This document shows positions 49,129 through 61,418 of a stretch of DNA of 64,000 bases, piece by piece. The stretch's first letter is position 1. Every line of letters begins with the position of its first letter. The position numbers and the translations under genes were made by a program. The notes beneath the pieces are model-generated. The model was not told the origin of the DNA. It did no database searches and was given only the letters and a program-made list of their open reading frames with translations. Source of the DNA: Ramazzottius varieornatus (Eukaryota; Animalia; Tardigrada); NCBI GenBank assembly GCA_001949185.1, contig BDGG01000009.1:919624-983623 (forward strand), given 5' to 3'.

Positions 49129-52100
49129 TCAAGGGAGAGTCGGAATCTTCAAGGCACTTTTGAGATACTTTTGCGCAATAAGTCTGAAATGTGTAGTCAC
49201 TTTCTCGTACATCTTGGCCCAAACATCTCTCCTTCTCCCCCTCAGTCCATCAACCTCTCGGTACAACCTTTTTACAACAGTTTCTAATTGAGAAATTTTC
49301 TTGTCTCTGCAACATACAACACAGAAGTCCTCTAGTTGCAGCGCCAAGGCTTCGTCAGGTCCTCTGCTGCTCTTCACCGACTCTTGAATCCTCTTAACCA
49401 TCGTATCGGCACTTCGACTACCGAAGAGCTCAGGAATCCTTGCTTGCTGTGACGAAGGTATCGTCTCAAGAGGCAGTTCTGCAAGGACCTCAGCCGCTTT
49501 CTCGGGGACGAGGTTCAGTTCAACCAGATCGACAACCTTGGCAGCTTTCTTCGGAGCTTCTTGAGAAGCCGCTGGGTACTTCCGAGAACGGAACATGTCC
49601 GTGACCAACGGTTGCTTCGAAGACTGACTGAGCTTCTTTGGTTCGTTCCGAGCTGGCTTCGGTGCTTCCACCTTGTTCTTGATCGGAAAGACGGAAATAG
49701 CTTTCCATGACTGTCCAGGCTCCCCATCGTCTTGAGCTGGAAAACCAGTGAAAGGTTGTTTGCTTCATCCGATTGGTACCTCGGCAAGACTGCTTTCCCA
49801 AGTGGCGCATATTTTCAGTATCACTAGCTGAAAGCGTGCGCCACTTGGAAAAACAATTGCGTCGAGTTTGATTGCTCTCAAAGTGGCGCACGCTTTCAGT
49901 GTTATTGGCGGAAAGCCTGCGCCACTTGAAAAATCGACCTTGTACGTTTCCCAAAGCTAGTACGTACGAGAATTTCGACCTGAAACTGATCGTACCTTTC
50001 AATTTCTTCTGTGCAATGAAAGTCTCGTACATTTCCGCCCGAAGATCCGCTGGCAAAGCCATCAGTACTTCCTCATCTATTTGTGACGGCGAAGTTATCT
50101 CGAACATGCTTGTTTTCTTTCTTTCAGGTTCCGGAGTCTTTGGTGGCGGTGGAAGTGGAACAGCCGGCGCAGGGTTCAGGTCAAGCAGCATCTGCTTGTG
50201 GACTTTTTTCGTAGGCGAAGCCATCCTTTTGTTACCTCGCTTATTCGCGACACCGGGATCAGCAGACTGTTCTTCGTCGTACGCGTACGCACCTTCAAGC
50301 TCGTCCAGCCATTCGTCTTCATACGCCGTGTTCAGATGCCACACTGCCCAGGTAACTTTCGCAGCCACGAACTTCCCACCCATTTCGTTGACTCGGCGCA
50401 CGATAGGGTTGTCCAGGTAGACCAAAGTACAACCGTGTAGTGAGGAAGGCATTCGTGTGATGGAAGGTACTTCCGGCACGGCGAAGTAGTTCAGCCAAAA
50501 CTTGTGTTCGGTGTCTTTTGTCATGCGCTGGAACTCATTGTCAGCCACTGGATCAAGCTCGTCTTGTGTCTTGGCCCTAGCTTTCGGATTGGGTTTGAGT
50601 GGCAGCTTCTTGGGCGACTCTATTTTCATTTTCAAAATGGGCTCTTTTGTGGCTGCGTTTGGATTTCTCGGTGGTAAGGAAGCCGAAACGTCCTTCGCGA
50701 CCAATTGTCCGACTAAATTTAGTTTGTCTTTGTCAGCAGGAAGGGCTTCCTGAATGTGTGTATGTTCGAGAAAACGTGGTGGTTCACCGCTGTTCTGTTG
50801 AGCTTTTACCTTCAAAGCCCACTGTTGAAGGTTCTCCCAGACCTGGTTGTACACGCGGGTCCAGCCCACTTCCGCCTGGATATCGTAACGGACTGCTTTC
50901 CGCGACCACTCTGAAGTCTTCCTCAACGACGCGTCAGACATCGGAGGACGCAGTCGGGCGACCGGCATGGCCGAGCCCCCTAAGCTCGTTTGCTGCAAAG
51001 AAGGGTACTCTAGCTGAAATTTGAGGTGTTGAACATAACATGAACCACTAGCTAATAAAGAAAATAAATCAATATAAAGGGACCCGTCGATTCAAAAGAA
51101 CTCACCCAGGTCGTTATCCCAAGTGACGCACCTTTTATTGTTTTTGGTCGAGAGCGTGCGCTAATTGAGAAAACAACCAAACGCGTTAGGATCGCTCTCC
51201 CAAGTAGCGCACACTTCTAGCAAAGAACAATGAAAACGTGCACCACTTGAGTGAACGGTCTAGGTGGATTCGTTAGCCGGAGTCTCATGAGTAATGTCTT
51301 ACCGATTCGTCAAAGTCAGCCGTCTCGTCGCTTACATTCAGCGGCTCTTCGTCCGGTAGATCAACCTATCAGAAAGACAGTATCAATTTACAAATGATCA
51401 AGAGTAATCGACGAGAAGAGCATCGTACCTTCTTTCCGACATTTTTCTTGGCTTTATCGAGTGAGCGGTCTTTAGGGGCTTCCTTTGCTTCTGTCCCTTT
51501 AGCATTGGTTTGTACAAGGCGCTGGCACTGCACACCGATGCCTCGTACTTCCTTCACATCCACCCCAGTCTTCTTGAACAAGGCTATGCCTTCTGTCGCG
51601 ATGATCTCCGCAGAGTTTGTTGGTTGAATGAGGGATACCGACTTGTTCACAGCGTTACACTGCCCACACCCCATGAACTTGTCCGGTTCGAATGGGGCAT
51701 CGGGATGCCTGACCAGTAACTTTAACGTTATCAGATGGGCTTTGACTCTCGCTGTGTCCAGCCTTCGCTGGACTTCTTCACTTAGTTCCCTGAAGAAAGC
51801 CTCAAACTGCGCGACGCTGGTCATTCGCATGCCGTAGTTCACATCAGCCGAGACGGATTTCCGTACAGTGTCATTCGCCACAACGCGATCGTCCGTACCA
51901 CGAGCGTAGTTAAAAAACTTCAGACCGTTCTTCGGACCAAAAACCGACTGAAGTTTCTCGAGCGAGACTTTCTGCAATTCACCACAGTCCTTCACACCCA
52001 ACTTGTCGAACTTCTCAACTGCACTATATCCCACACCTAAAACCATTTCGACTGTAGTCAACACTAAATCTATCACCAGTCGCATCTGGGAGCTCGGCAG

Positions 52101-54749
52101 CCAAACTCAAAAAACTGTTTTCACAAGCGCATGTTCTTAACACCTTGACCACTGCGCGATTTCGTGATTTCAGAATACGATGCGGGAAACTCACTTTCGC
52201 CTTGTTTTAACTGGTTAAAAGGTGGGGGCGGTGCCCAATTAGACCAATCACTACCTCATCGATTGGCCAAAATTTTAGAATATGATGTAGAGTGCGCTAC
52301 CTGCCAACTCAAAACGGCCAGGCTTCGAGGTTTTTTCAATGACCACTGGGTAGATCTTTTCACGAATCTGAAACTGTCGCAAGATACTAAAATGTTTGGG
52401 CTCGCGCAGCAATTATTTTGGTGACTCTGGACTAACTGAGAGGCTGGCTGGAAAGTAATTTGCTGGCTACGCCGAAATCCCGTTAAGAAAGGAAAAAATT
52501 TCCAAACAGGTTTGCAGAGCCAGTGTCCAGTAGCCGCTAGTTTTAGTTTCAAGAAGGGTTGATTGTCCGGGCAAACGGAGAAAAACGGGGAGCAAAAGGT
52601 AAACTGGAAACTCGCTACGCACAAATGAGTGTGCGCCGGGAAGTGAGTTTCCCGCCCCGTGCTCAAGGTGTTAATATAGAGATTAAGTTGCCACTACCGT
52701 TCACTTTGCAACTGTAGCTACGGCCTTGCTCCGCCCTTTCGTGAAGTGTAACTACATCTTGCTTTCCGGAGCTCCCCTTATTTTCGAAAAACAGCGTAAT
52801 CGGAGTTACGGTTGGCTGGCATTGGGAAGCATGGTGGCTACCCAACTATTCAAAGTTCTGATCAGCTGCTGCGCTCATGAGTGACGTTGCAACTCATCTT
52901 AGCTACAGTGGGAGTTTCATCTGGCGGTGGCAACTTAATGTCTGTAATGACACTGGCAGAAAGTGTGCGCCACCTGAAAAACACGATCTAGTCGAGTTTG
53001 ATTGTTTGAAAAAGTGGCGCACTTTTTCGGTGCCTTCGGCCGGAAGCGTGCGCCGCTTGGAAAACGCATCTTATAAAGTATCTTCACCGAGCTCCCCTAT
53101 CTTTTTTTTTAATGTCTTTTCCATTTCGATAACATTGACCAACCTTATATCACGCGTTTGCAATAATGGTTTGTGTGGTCGGTATTCGGGCATTTACCTG
53201 GCAGGTCTTTGACGAGTACGTTGTTCATGAAGCTCTTCACTTCCGGGTCGGACACGTACATGTGTCCGTTCGGTTTTGCCTTCCTTGTAGCTAAGCGCGC
53301 TAACAGCTGGTTCTTTCCCAGGCCGGCAGATGCGGTACACCCCGTCCGATCGAAGATCTCTTTACGCAGGAACCCTACAAACTCCACTGGGGAAGTCGAC
53401 GAAGCGGCTAGGACGTCCGTGCAGTCAACAAGCATCTCGTCACAACTGATAGCCTCAATGTCGATCGTGTAACTGGCCACGATCTCGTAAAACACCGTGG
53501 ATATGCGTTTGTACTCTTCGAACTCGTAGGGTATCTGAACAAGGTCCGGACACATCTGCTTTGCTGAACCTGTAAAACGACAAATCCGTTTGCAAGGTCG
53601 GCAAACGAATTTGACAAGACCATTCTCCCCAAGTGACGCACGCTCCCAGCCAAAGATAGTGAGGACGCGCGCCACTTGGGAAAACCACAAAACTCGACCG
53701 GAGGTTTTTCAAGTGACGCACGCCTCCAGGCAAAAACACTGAAAACGTGCTCCACCTGAAAACGATCTGATGGGCCAAGAATTGAGACACGTACCTAGAT
53801 ACATTCCGTTCTTCAAGCCAGCATTCCTCGCTTCGTAGTTACAGGATGAAATCTCCGACTTCGAATCGAAGCGCTCCTGTCCTTCTTTGGCGCCTTCCTT
53901 CGTCTTGAAGCCCGTCGTCCCATGACAGACCGCGATCGGTTTTCCTCTCAGATGTGGTCGAGACAGTAGTCCAACCGACACGAAGAAGCAGTCGAAGTCA
54001 ATATGCATGATGACTTTCTTCAGCGCTTCTTTAGGTCGGCTCGGTAGCTGCGCGTAGTACTGTCGCAACCGTTCTCTCCCAGGAAACGACCCATCAGAAG
54101 TATCTTGGAGACTTTGTACCAGTTGCTTCGACTCGACCTTCCACATGGACAAGTGGTGCAATCGAGACCGAGCGTAAAACTGATTAACATAGTTTGGATC
54201 GCCAGCTTTTAGCGCTATGACTTCACTCCCCGCTTTTTCCGTCGCTGGCTGAGGTGCGTTGTTGGAAGCTACCGGATACAGTTCAAAGTCTCGCCATGGC
54301 AGCAAGCATCCTTGGCGAATACTCTCAGTGATCCACGCAGGCTTCACGACAGCTTTTCCATACAGTTGGACGATCTTGGTGTACGGCAGGTTGCTGGCGA
54401 TGATGTGGGTGGTCTTCTTGGTGTTGTAGTAGAGATGGTAGGTTCCGCCGTGAAGCATCATCAGGCGTTTAAGCTCTTCGGCGGTGGGACTGGTGTTGCC
54501 GTTGACGTGGATGGAGATGCCACGGAAGAGGCTGGAGGAGTTTGCTTCTTTAGCCTCGTTGCGGAACTGCTGCAGAAGCTTACGCTTCTTGACGACCATG
54601 TAGCCATGATGGCCACCTCTCCACTTGTCGTCCTCTTCATCTCCATCACCGTCGAGCTCTCGGGCGGTGCGTTTGACGGGAACAGGCTGGTTGACCATGT
54701 CCTGTCTAGCGGCATGCTGATTAGGAGCCTTGGCTGCTTTCGTTTCCAT
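49129..54749 (-). CDS. REV1: Y-family translesion polymerase REV1, multi-exon
   Basis: GYMVVKKRKL, BRCT (LFRGISIHVNG..THIIASNL..VKPAWITESI), SRLHHLS, MHIDFDCFF, SCNYEAR, IEAISCDE, LARLATRKAKPNG, RKSVSADVNYGMR, UBM SQIDEEVLMALP, C-terminal helical domain. Confidence 0.95.
49782..49960. repeat. Palindromic element, 2 cores, REV1 intron
   Basis: Cores at 49800 and 49881. Confidence 0.9.
51100..51285. repeat. Palindromic element, 2 cores, REV1 intron
   Basis: Cores at 51121 and 51202. Confidence 0.82.
52141..52670. mobile_element. Non-autonomous TTAA-flanked element (piggyBac-like MITE), 530 bp
   Basis: TTAA|CACCTTGACCACTGCGCG ... CGCCCCGTGCTCAAGGTG|TTAA. Confidence 0.8.
52687..52934. mobile_element. 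Second TTAA-flanked MITE-like element, 248 bp
   Basis: TTAA|GTTGCCACTACC ... GGCGGTGGCAAC|TTAA. Confidence 0.7.
53596..53780. repeat. Palindromic element, 2 cores, REV1 intron
   Basis: Cores at 53631 and 53711. Confidence 0.85.
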
Positions 54750-55646
54750 TGACAGCTCACAGTCGCAAAACGCCTGCAGAAAAACCTCTAACGATCATAT
54801 TAAACGAGAATTTTCTTCTCGTTGACTACACTGAACATACCTTGAAAGATAACTGCTGGACTAGCAGCCAGAGGATGGGTGTACTTCCGTCGCATTTACG
54901 TCGTTCGCTACCATCTCAAACTAGTGCACGAAGAGGTTATGCAGGTATATGATTAGAAGGAATACCACTCTTCCAGCAGAAAAGACTAGGCCCTGTCTTC
55001 AAGTTTGACGAACGGGTATCCGTTGGAGACTTTGAGTTACGTTCAAAACATGGGCGAGCATCTCGCAGATCACAGACGGAAGTCGCAGAACCTGGAATAA
55101 ATAAAAAACGAAAACAAAGGTGTCCAACGTCTGTCCGTTGATGAAACCCACTTAACGGTTCTGTTTGACCGGTTTCAGCTAAGACCGGTGAGTCCGACTC
55201 AGCCGAGTAGTGACTGCTTGGCGCTGCCACAGGAATCAAGCATACCTTAGCGCTCAGTACTTTTGAAGTTCGGTCCAGGTAAACGGATTTGGGCTGACTG
55301 AACTGAACCACTAAACCAAATCGAGAAGTCAGGATGACTGTTCCAGACGTATCCACTGCTGCGGGCTTTTCACGCATCTGACATCTGTAACCCTCTGGTC
55401 TCTACAATCTCGCAGCATCCTCCCTTCGCTCCTCAAACTTTTGCTCGCCGAGGACCAAACGACTGCGACATCGCAGCTGGTGTTAACCGCAGCTTTGCCC
55501 AGTGGATACTTCTCTTCAAGCGAATTCCCTAACAGCCGAGCTAAGTCAGCTACCTAACCGCTGATCTCGTCTTCCATCTGCAGAGTCTTGAAGCTGATCT
55601 CCATTCTGCACAGTTACGCTGTGTAGCAGGCATTCTCCTCCGCAAG

Positions 55647-58600
55647 ATGGGCGATGGTTCGGCTGTCGCTGAGACGATGGGTAGCACAGGTAAGACGCAT
55701 TCTTTTCATATTCGATTGGTAACAGTTACTATCTCCGTTGTTTCCTGTGAGGCTCGTCTGGATACTCGCGAGTGTGGGACGTTGTTTTGAAACACTACTG
55801 ACCACTTTTGGGGGCTGTTTGCTTTCAGGATACGAGGGTCAGTCGGTATCATCGTCGACAACTCCCGTTAACGAGAATCCCTCGGCTGCCTTCTCCCAAG
55901 ACCAATTGCGTTCCTTCAAGCTGTCCAACATCACCAATCGTCGTGGATCTCAGAGCCCGGAGAAGACCATCATACGTCCAGAAGACACCCTGCACAACGA
56001 CAAAGAGCAGCCTAGTTCCAATGGTATAATGGAAGACAGCCTGGCCGACGTCAGTCCGCATCTACAGCCTTCCTCGCAGCCTTCCAGTAGCACTTCCGAC
56101 TACCATACTCCGCTGCAAGGCTCGGCGCATCCGAAGGCATCTGACCCCCCTCCCAGCGGTGCGGTTGACTATCACACCCCAATTTTAACTTCAGCCAAGA
56201 TGGAAGACTCTCTCGATGTCGACTACATGATTCAGCAACAGAATGGCATGTCGGGGGACGCTCTCAGTCAGGCCATTGCAACGACTGATGGAAATCATGG
56301 TCACGAAGCTCGGCAGAAAAAGACGCTGGACAATGTCTTGAACGCGTCCGAAGTCTTCAACGATCCTGGTGCAATGGACTTCTTGGAGAGTGCTGGTTCA
56401 AAGTCTGGCGTGTTGGAATCCGAACTGGCTCGACAGTCTTTGTTCCAGAAGTTTGATCCGTTCTTGGGCAAAACAACGCTACCCATCATTGGCAACATCC
56501 CTGACGGTAATCGACCTGTTTTGAGCTGGGTAAACAAATTCGACCAGATCGTCTGCAAAGTGGCGCACGCTTCTAGCCAATAATATTGAAAAGGGGCGCC
56601 GCTTGGAAAAATGATCTAGTCGAGTTCGATTTTTTTCCAAGTGGCGCATGTTCCCCGTGGTAATGACCGGAAACGTGCGTCACCTGGAAAAATGATCTTG
56701 TCGGGTTTGAGCTTTCTTTTACAGCTTGTTTGAATTACGGCTAATCTAAGTTTGTTTGTTCTCCAGATCAAAAGAAGCCGGACATTGCAGTGGCGCATTC
56801 AGCAGCGCCTTCCGGAGCGACCACCTTCAGACAGCCGTATCCCACGCAAAGTCATACAGCTACCACCGGCATGATTGCTGCGTTGCAGCAGAAGCAGAAT
56901 GCTTTGAAGAAACAACAGCAACAACTACAGCAACAGCAGGCAGCGTCAACAGATCGACTGGCTCAACCAACGTCTGATCCCTTCGGCCAGCATCCAACAC
57001 AGGTAATTTCTCATCGATTACAATTTAGCAAGAATAAAATGGAACATAGACATCAGGCAAACAAACTCGGTCGTATCGTTTTTTCGAGTGGCGCACGATT
57101 CTAACCAGTCACACTGAGTATGTGCGTCACTTGGGACAGTGATGTTGTGGAACTTGATTGTCGAGCTCCTGAATGATCTGCGATCTACATCGTTCATCAA
57201 AGATACATCAGTTTCTGTAATCTATACTGTAACATCTGAGAAAGGTTTGCTGCCCGAGTGTGGGTTTCAAGTGCTAGGATTATGATTATTTCGCGGTGGC
57301 ACTCAAGTGTAATTGAATTTGTCGGTCAGGTTCCAAACCGGTTTACGCGTTATTGTTCCATCAAAAGCCGACGACATCACGTTTCAACTTACTTCCGGTG
57401 CATGCGTCAACACAAACTTTGTTTTTGCACGAATGGGGTTTGCCTTGAACAAGACGGTATGATATTGTCATCTATTCTCTGCAGCCAACACCGCAACCGC
57501 CTTCGTCATGGCCCGATCTTGTAACTCGTCGTGATATGAACAATGCCGCGGCGACGCCGTTCGCCACTATGAAACTCCACTCATCACCTCATCCGCATAT
57601 GCTGCCGCATGCTACACCAGCTCGCTTTTCCTCACCTCACCCACACAACCCTACGGTAAGTTCTCTCAGCTAAAGCAGTTATGGGAAGATGTAATATTTC
57701 TTTACTAGTATTCGAGAGTTTGGCCGACAAACGGGAAATGGTCTTTATTCCAAGTGGCGCACGAGTGCAGCAAATAACAGGATCAACGTGCGCAAAACAA
57801 CTTAACTTGACATTACTGTTTATCCACGTGGCGCACTCTTTCAGCGAACAAGACCTGAAACATGCATCACTTCGGGAAACGTTCTTGTTGAGCTTGTTTG
57901 TTGGGCTCGCATATTATTAGAATATTCTCACTGTAGGTTGCTCCAGCGTTTGATCGACGTGCGTCTCCCGTGAATGGGGGTGGGGATTACTACCGATCGC
58001 CGAGCAGCGAAGCGCTTCACACTGAGTTTGACTTAGCGGAGATTCCCAACGACCAGGCGCAGACTGGTCCACCTGGAAGTCTTGTTAATTTTGGCTTGTC
58101 AGCAGAAGAAACTGCACGTCGACCTGTGACACTTCGAACCAAGTTCCCGGGCTCATCCACGGCGACCAAGAGTCTGAACCGACGGTCTGTACCTGCTGGC
58201 TTCCTGGATGGTCGAGAAGGAATCGCTGCTTCCATGACGCTGGAACCACAAGAAGAATATACTGGCTTGTCCGATCTCCCTCCCGTAAGTCCACTTGCGT
58301 CGAACAACTGAGGCTCATGAATCTATGAACGCATGTTATTTAGGTGTGGGAGAATGTGATGTCGACGTATGAAGGCCTTGTCCGAGTTTTGGTTGGAAAG
58401 TTACATCAATACAAAGAAGAGGCATCGTTGGCTCGGCAGAAAGAGGCGAAAGCAATCAAAGAGCGCGAAGAAATGCACAAAGTATTTGTGGGTCTCCATG
58501 AACGTTTCGAAAACAGCAAGAATGTGATTACCAACTATCAAAAGGTACGGCAACCTTGATTAGGTGTCGCGATGAAGTGGGACGTGAGCAACTCAACCGA

Positions 58601-59001
58601 TCGCTGTCTCAAGTGGCCTACGTTTACATTGTTGCCAACCGAGAGTGTGCGCCACTTGGAAAACGATCTGGCGTCATTCATTTACCCACGTCCCAGATGT
58701 CTTCTTGGTGTGTGATATCCTCTGTTGTGTTTCTTCCAGAACCAAGCAATTATGCAGCAAGCTTTTGACGAGCTAAATGCCGACTTTCAGCCGATGCAGC
58801 AAGAAAATAAGAGGTGAGTCGAGTCTCCCGTGACGAGATCTTGGTACTGACAGTTCTTTTGTTCTTCTCTGCAGGATGCAAGCTGCGATGCGCCTGAACG
58901 AAATGAGGATGCGCCAGCTCGAAGCCGATCTGGCGAAGAAGTCGGACGAGAATGCGGAGCTGACGAAAATTGTGGATGACTTAATTTCCAAAGATTCTTA
59001 A
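55647..59001 (+). CDS. TACC: Transforming acidic coiled-coil family protein, multi-exon
   Basis: DFLESAGS, LARQSLFQKFDPFL motif, C-terminal coiled coil LHERFENSKNVI ... KSDENAELTKIVDDLISK. Confidence 0.82.
56522..56726. repeat. Palindromic element, 2 cores, TACC intron
   Basis: Cores at 56558 and 56639. Confidence 0.88.
57052..57168. repeat. Palindromic element, TACC intron
   Basis: ggcaaacaaactcgg ... gtcgagctcc. Confidence 0.85.
57717..57908. repeat. Palindromic element, 2 cores, TACC intron
   Basis: Cores at 57752 and 57826. Confidence 0.82.
58577..58695. repeat. Palindromic element, TACC intron
   Basis: tgggacgtgag ... cccacgtccca arms. Confidence 0.85.
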
Positions 59002-59628
59002 GTTAAACTTTCTTGACTGTAAATTATCACTGGTCTTCCGGACGTACTGGGTTTACACACTGGATGGAAGAGGGCTGTTCTGGATACTCGACTGTACCTT
59101 CTTTTAATCTCGATCACTATCGGTGCGCTTGTGCTCACACAATGTTCCTGACATTTTTTGTGGATTATGATCTGTGGTTGTGGCATCATGCTAGTCCATT
59201 CTTTCTGTGCCAATGACTTCGCGCACTTTATTACCTGTTTGAAACGTTTTCTTTCGATCTTGACCTTGTGTGAATACTGTACTGTATGTTTGTTTGTCAG
59301 GAACCTCCGTACCAAGTTGGAGCTTCTCAGTGAGAAAACGAAAGCCTGGAGAAAGGTTTTCTCAGCTTATGATTTCTGTGCGGATGACCTTTGGGTCGTT
59401 TTCTGGAACTTACTACAGTAGACTAAAGAGGATAACGAGTACGGCTTTGTTTCCCTACTTCGGATAAAGTTCATAGCACGGCGAGCAGTGGCGGCACCGA
59501 GTCACTCCATCGAATATTCTTTTAACCGGAAGTCCAAATCTTTGGCTTTGGGGAAATTGGGGCAAAACCGAGTCGTAAGCTAACATCTCCGCTTTGTAAA
59601 AGCAGGCTATTCAGCGAATAGTACAAAG

Positions 59629-61026
59629 TTAGAGCTTTTTCTTCGAAAGTCCCTTGGGTAGGTTTCTCTTCGGAGCACCGGACGTGGTCTCCTGCAGGTC
59701 CTTCTTCGCTGAGAACAAGAAAAAGCAACATTTTACCGACATGTAAACTCACCATGTTCGATAAACTTCTGCCTGGACGTTTCGGAATTCCGAAAGTACG
59801 ACAATCAAGCACTGCAGCTAGAGTCGCACCTCTCATGACTTTCTGCTGCAGTAGTTCGCCGACGAAGTAAAGGATGGTGATTCCGACACAAGCGCCCTGC
59901 ATGAAGGCAACCTTCTGCCACCCATTCAGCACGTTGAAGATTGGGTAGATCCAGCTTGATGTCTTGTAGTAAACCCACAGCGTCCTTCAGAAAGAGAAAA
60001 CTACTAAGTCAAAATCGAAGGAAGGACCCTCAACGCCAAAGACGCTGTTTATCGTGCTGAGCAATCATGCTTACCAGGCCTGATAGCCGAAGGAGAAGAT
60101 GAAGATGTGCTTGAGACCGCTCCATCTGGACTTGGGGTGCGCATGGTAGTCCAGACACATTTCGACCAGGTTAACCGGAAGTATCACTGTGTGCTGCAAA
60201 CAGTACGCCGAGATAATTACAGCAGCACGTCGAGCGCCAGGCAAAAACCCAGTAAACTTACCATCACATGGTTGGCCCACGCAGGAAAAAGGTCATCGAG
60301 GAACTGAGGGAATATCTGGAAAAACACAAGTAGTAAGTTAACTTGGCTCACAAGCGTCAACGGTAACTGTCAAAGGAGAAACTTGAGGAAGTCTTACCAG
60401 TTCGCGGTCCACAGCGTAGATCGCCCAAAACATAAGCACAACAAACTGCAACGTAACAGAACTATCAAACATCCAGAATTACTACTCACGAGTCCTTCCC
60501 ACGACTATCTCACTGACCGCTCCAACAGGGAACACGAAAACCGAGAACATGTGGTCTCGGAAAGAGCGCATAGCGAAGCGGCGTTTCTGGTTGACTTTTG
60601 CCAAATTCGAGGCATCATATACGACGCACACAGTGTAATAGAGTGCTTGCAGAACCTACGAAGATGATCAAGAAATCATAGACAATTGGACCACACTCGC
60701 TGGCCGATGCTGATGGAATTTTCTCTTACCAGATCGATAAATGTAAGAAATCGAAGCTTTCCTCCGTATCTGCAACAAGACGTTCATGGGAAGTAGCGCT
60801 TGGATAGTCGTAGCGCAAACCCAAGCTGAGCTTTTCACTTACGCATCCCATCCTATGGCTGGACCCAAATCTAGAAGACATACGCATGAAAAGCTGCGCC
60901 AGTTGCAGTGGCGTCAACAGGCGCGAGGTGCAAGGCAATCTTACCAATGTGGTGGAAGTCATACCATATTGTACCCCAGTACATGGCTGCCGCCGAGGAA
61001 TGGAAAGCCAGGCGAAGAAGACTCAT
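59629..61026 (-). CDS. AIG1: AIG1/ADTRP (FAR-17a) family multipass membrane hydrolase, ~9 short exons
   Basis: Spliced YGGKLRFLTFIDL/VLQALYY, RDHMFSVFVFPVG, FWAIYAVDREL/IFP, PAWANHVM/HTVILP, WIYPIF. Confidence 0.88.
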
Positions 61027-61301
61027 TTCGACCGAGAATACTCCTGCAAGCAACCAGAAAAAAATAAGGCTCAGTATATAATCGGGACAAGCCAAGGAGG
61101 AGAACGAACTCGGCGGAAGCGATCAACTTCCTCTGGCAGTTTATACGTTCTCGTCATGCCTGCTAGAACAGAAGGGGAATTTCTAGGTTAAGTGGCTTTG
61201 CACTTGCAAATTACAGTCTTACTGCGATGTGCGAGGCATAGCTGATAACCAGGAACTGAACTCTGAAGTTTGAGCGAACGTCAACAATTGGGACAAGATA
61301 A

Positions 61302-61418
61302 TGGAAACCCAGCAAACAAATTCGACCAGAACAGTGCCCCAAGTGGCGCACCTTCGCGGTAATACTGGCTGAATGCGTGCGCCATCTGGAAAACGATCGT
61401 GTTGAGCATTTCTCTCCA
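61302..61418. repeat. Palindromic element, probable AIG1 5'UTR intron
   Basis: Arms plus aagtggcgcac..gtgcgccatct core, between a minus-strand donor at ~61425 and acceptor at ~61161. Confidence 0.82.

Larger units (their letters stand above)
52088..53097. repeat. Palindromic element split by two TTAA-flanked insertions, REV1 intron
   Basis: Left arm and half-site at 52088-52136; remainder at 52939-53097 ending ccgagctccc. Confidence 0.8.

Noticed and set aside
4599-61418. Palindromic cores with fixed-length spacers read as a CRISPR array or bacterial REP/BIME system
   Set aside because: Spacers are homologous to each other rather than unique, units come in groups of 1-3, there are no cas or RAYT genes, and the context is spliceosomal eukaryotic genes.
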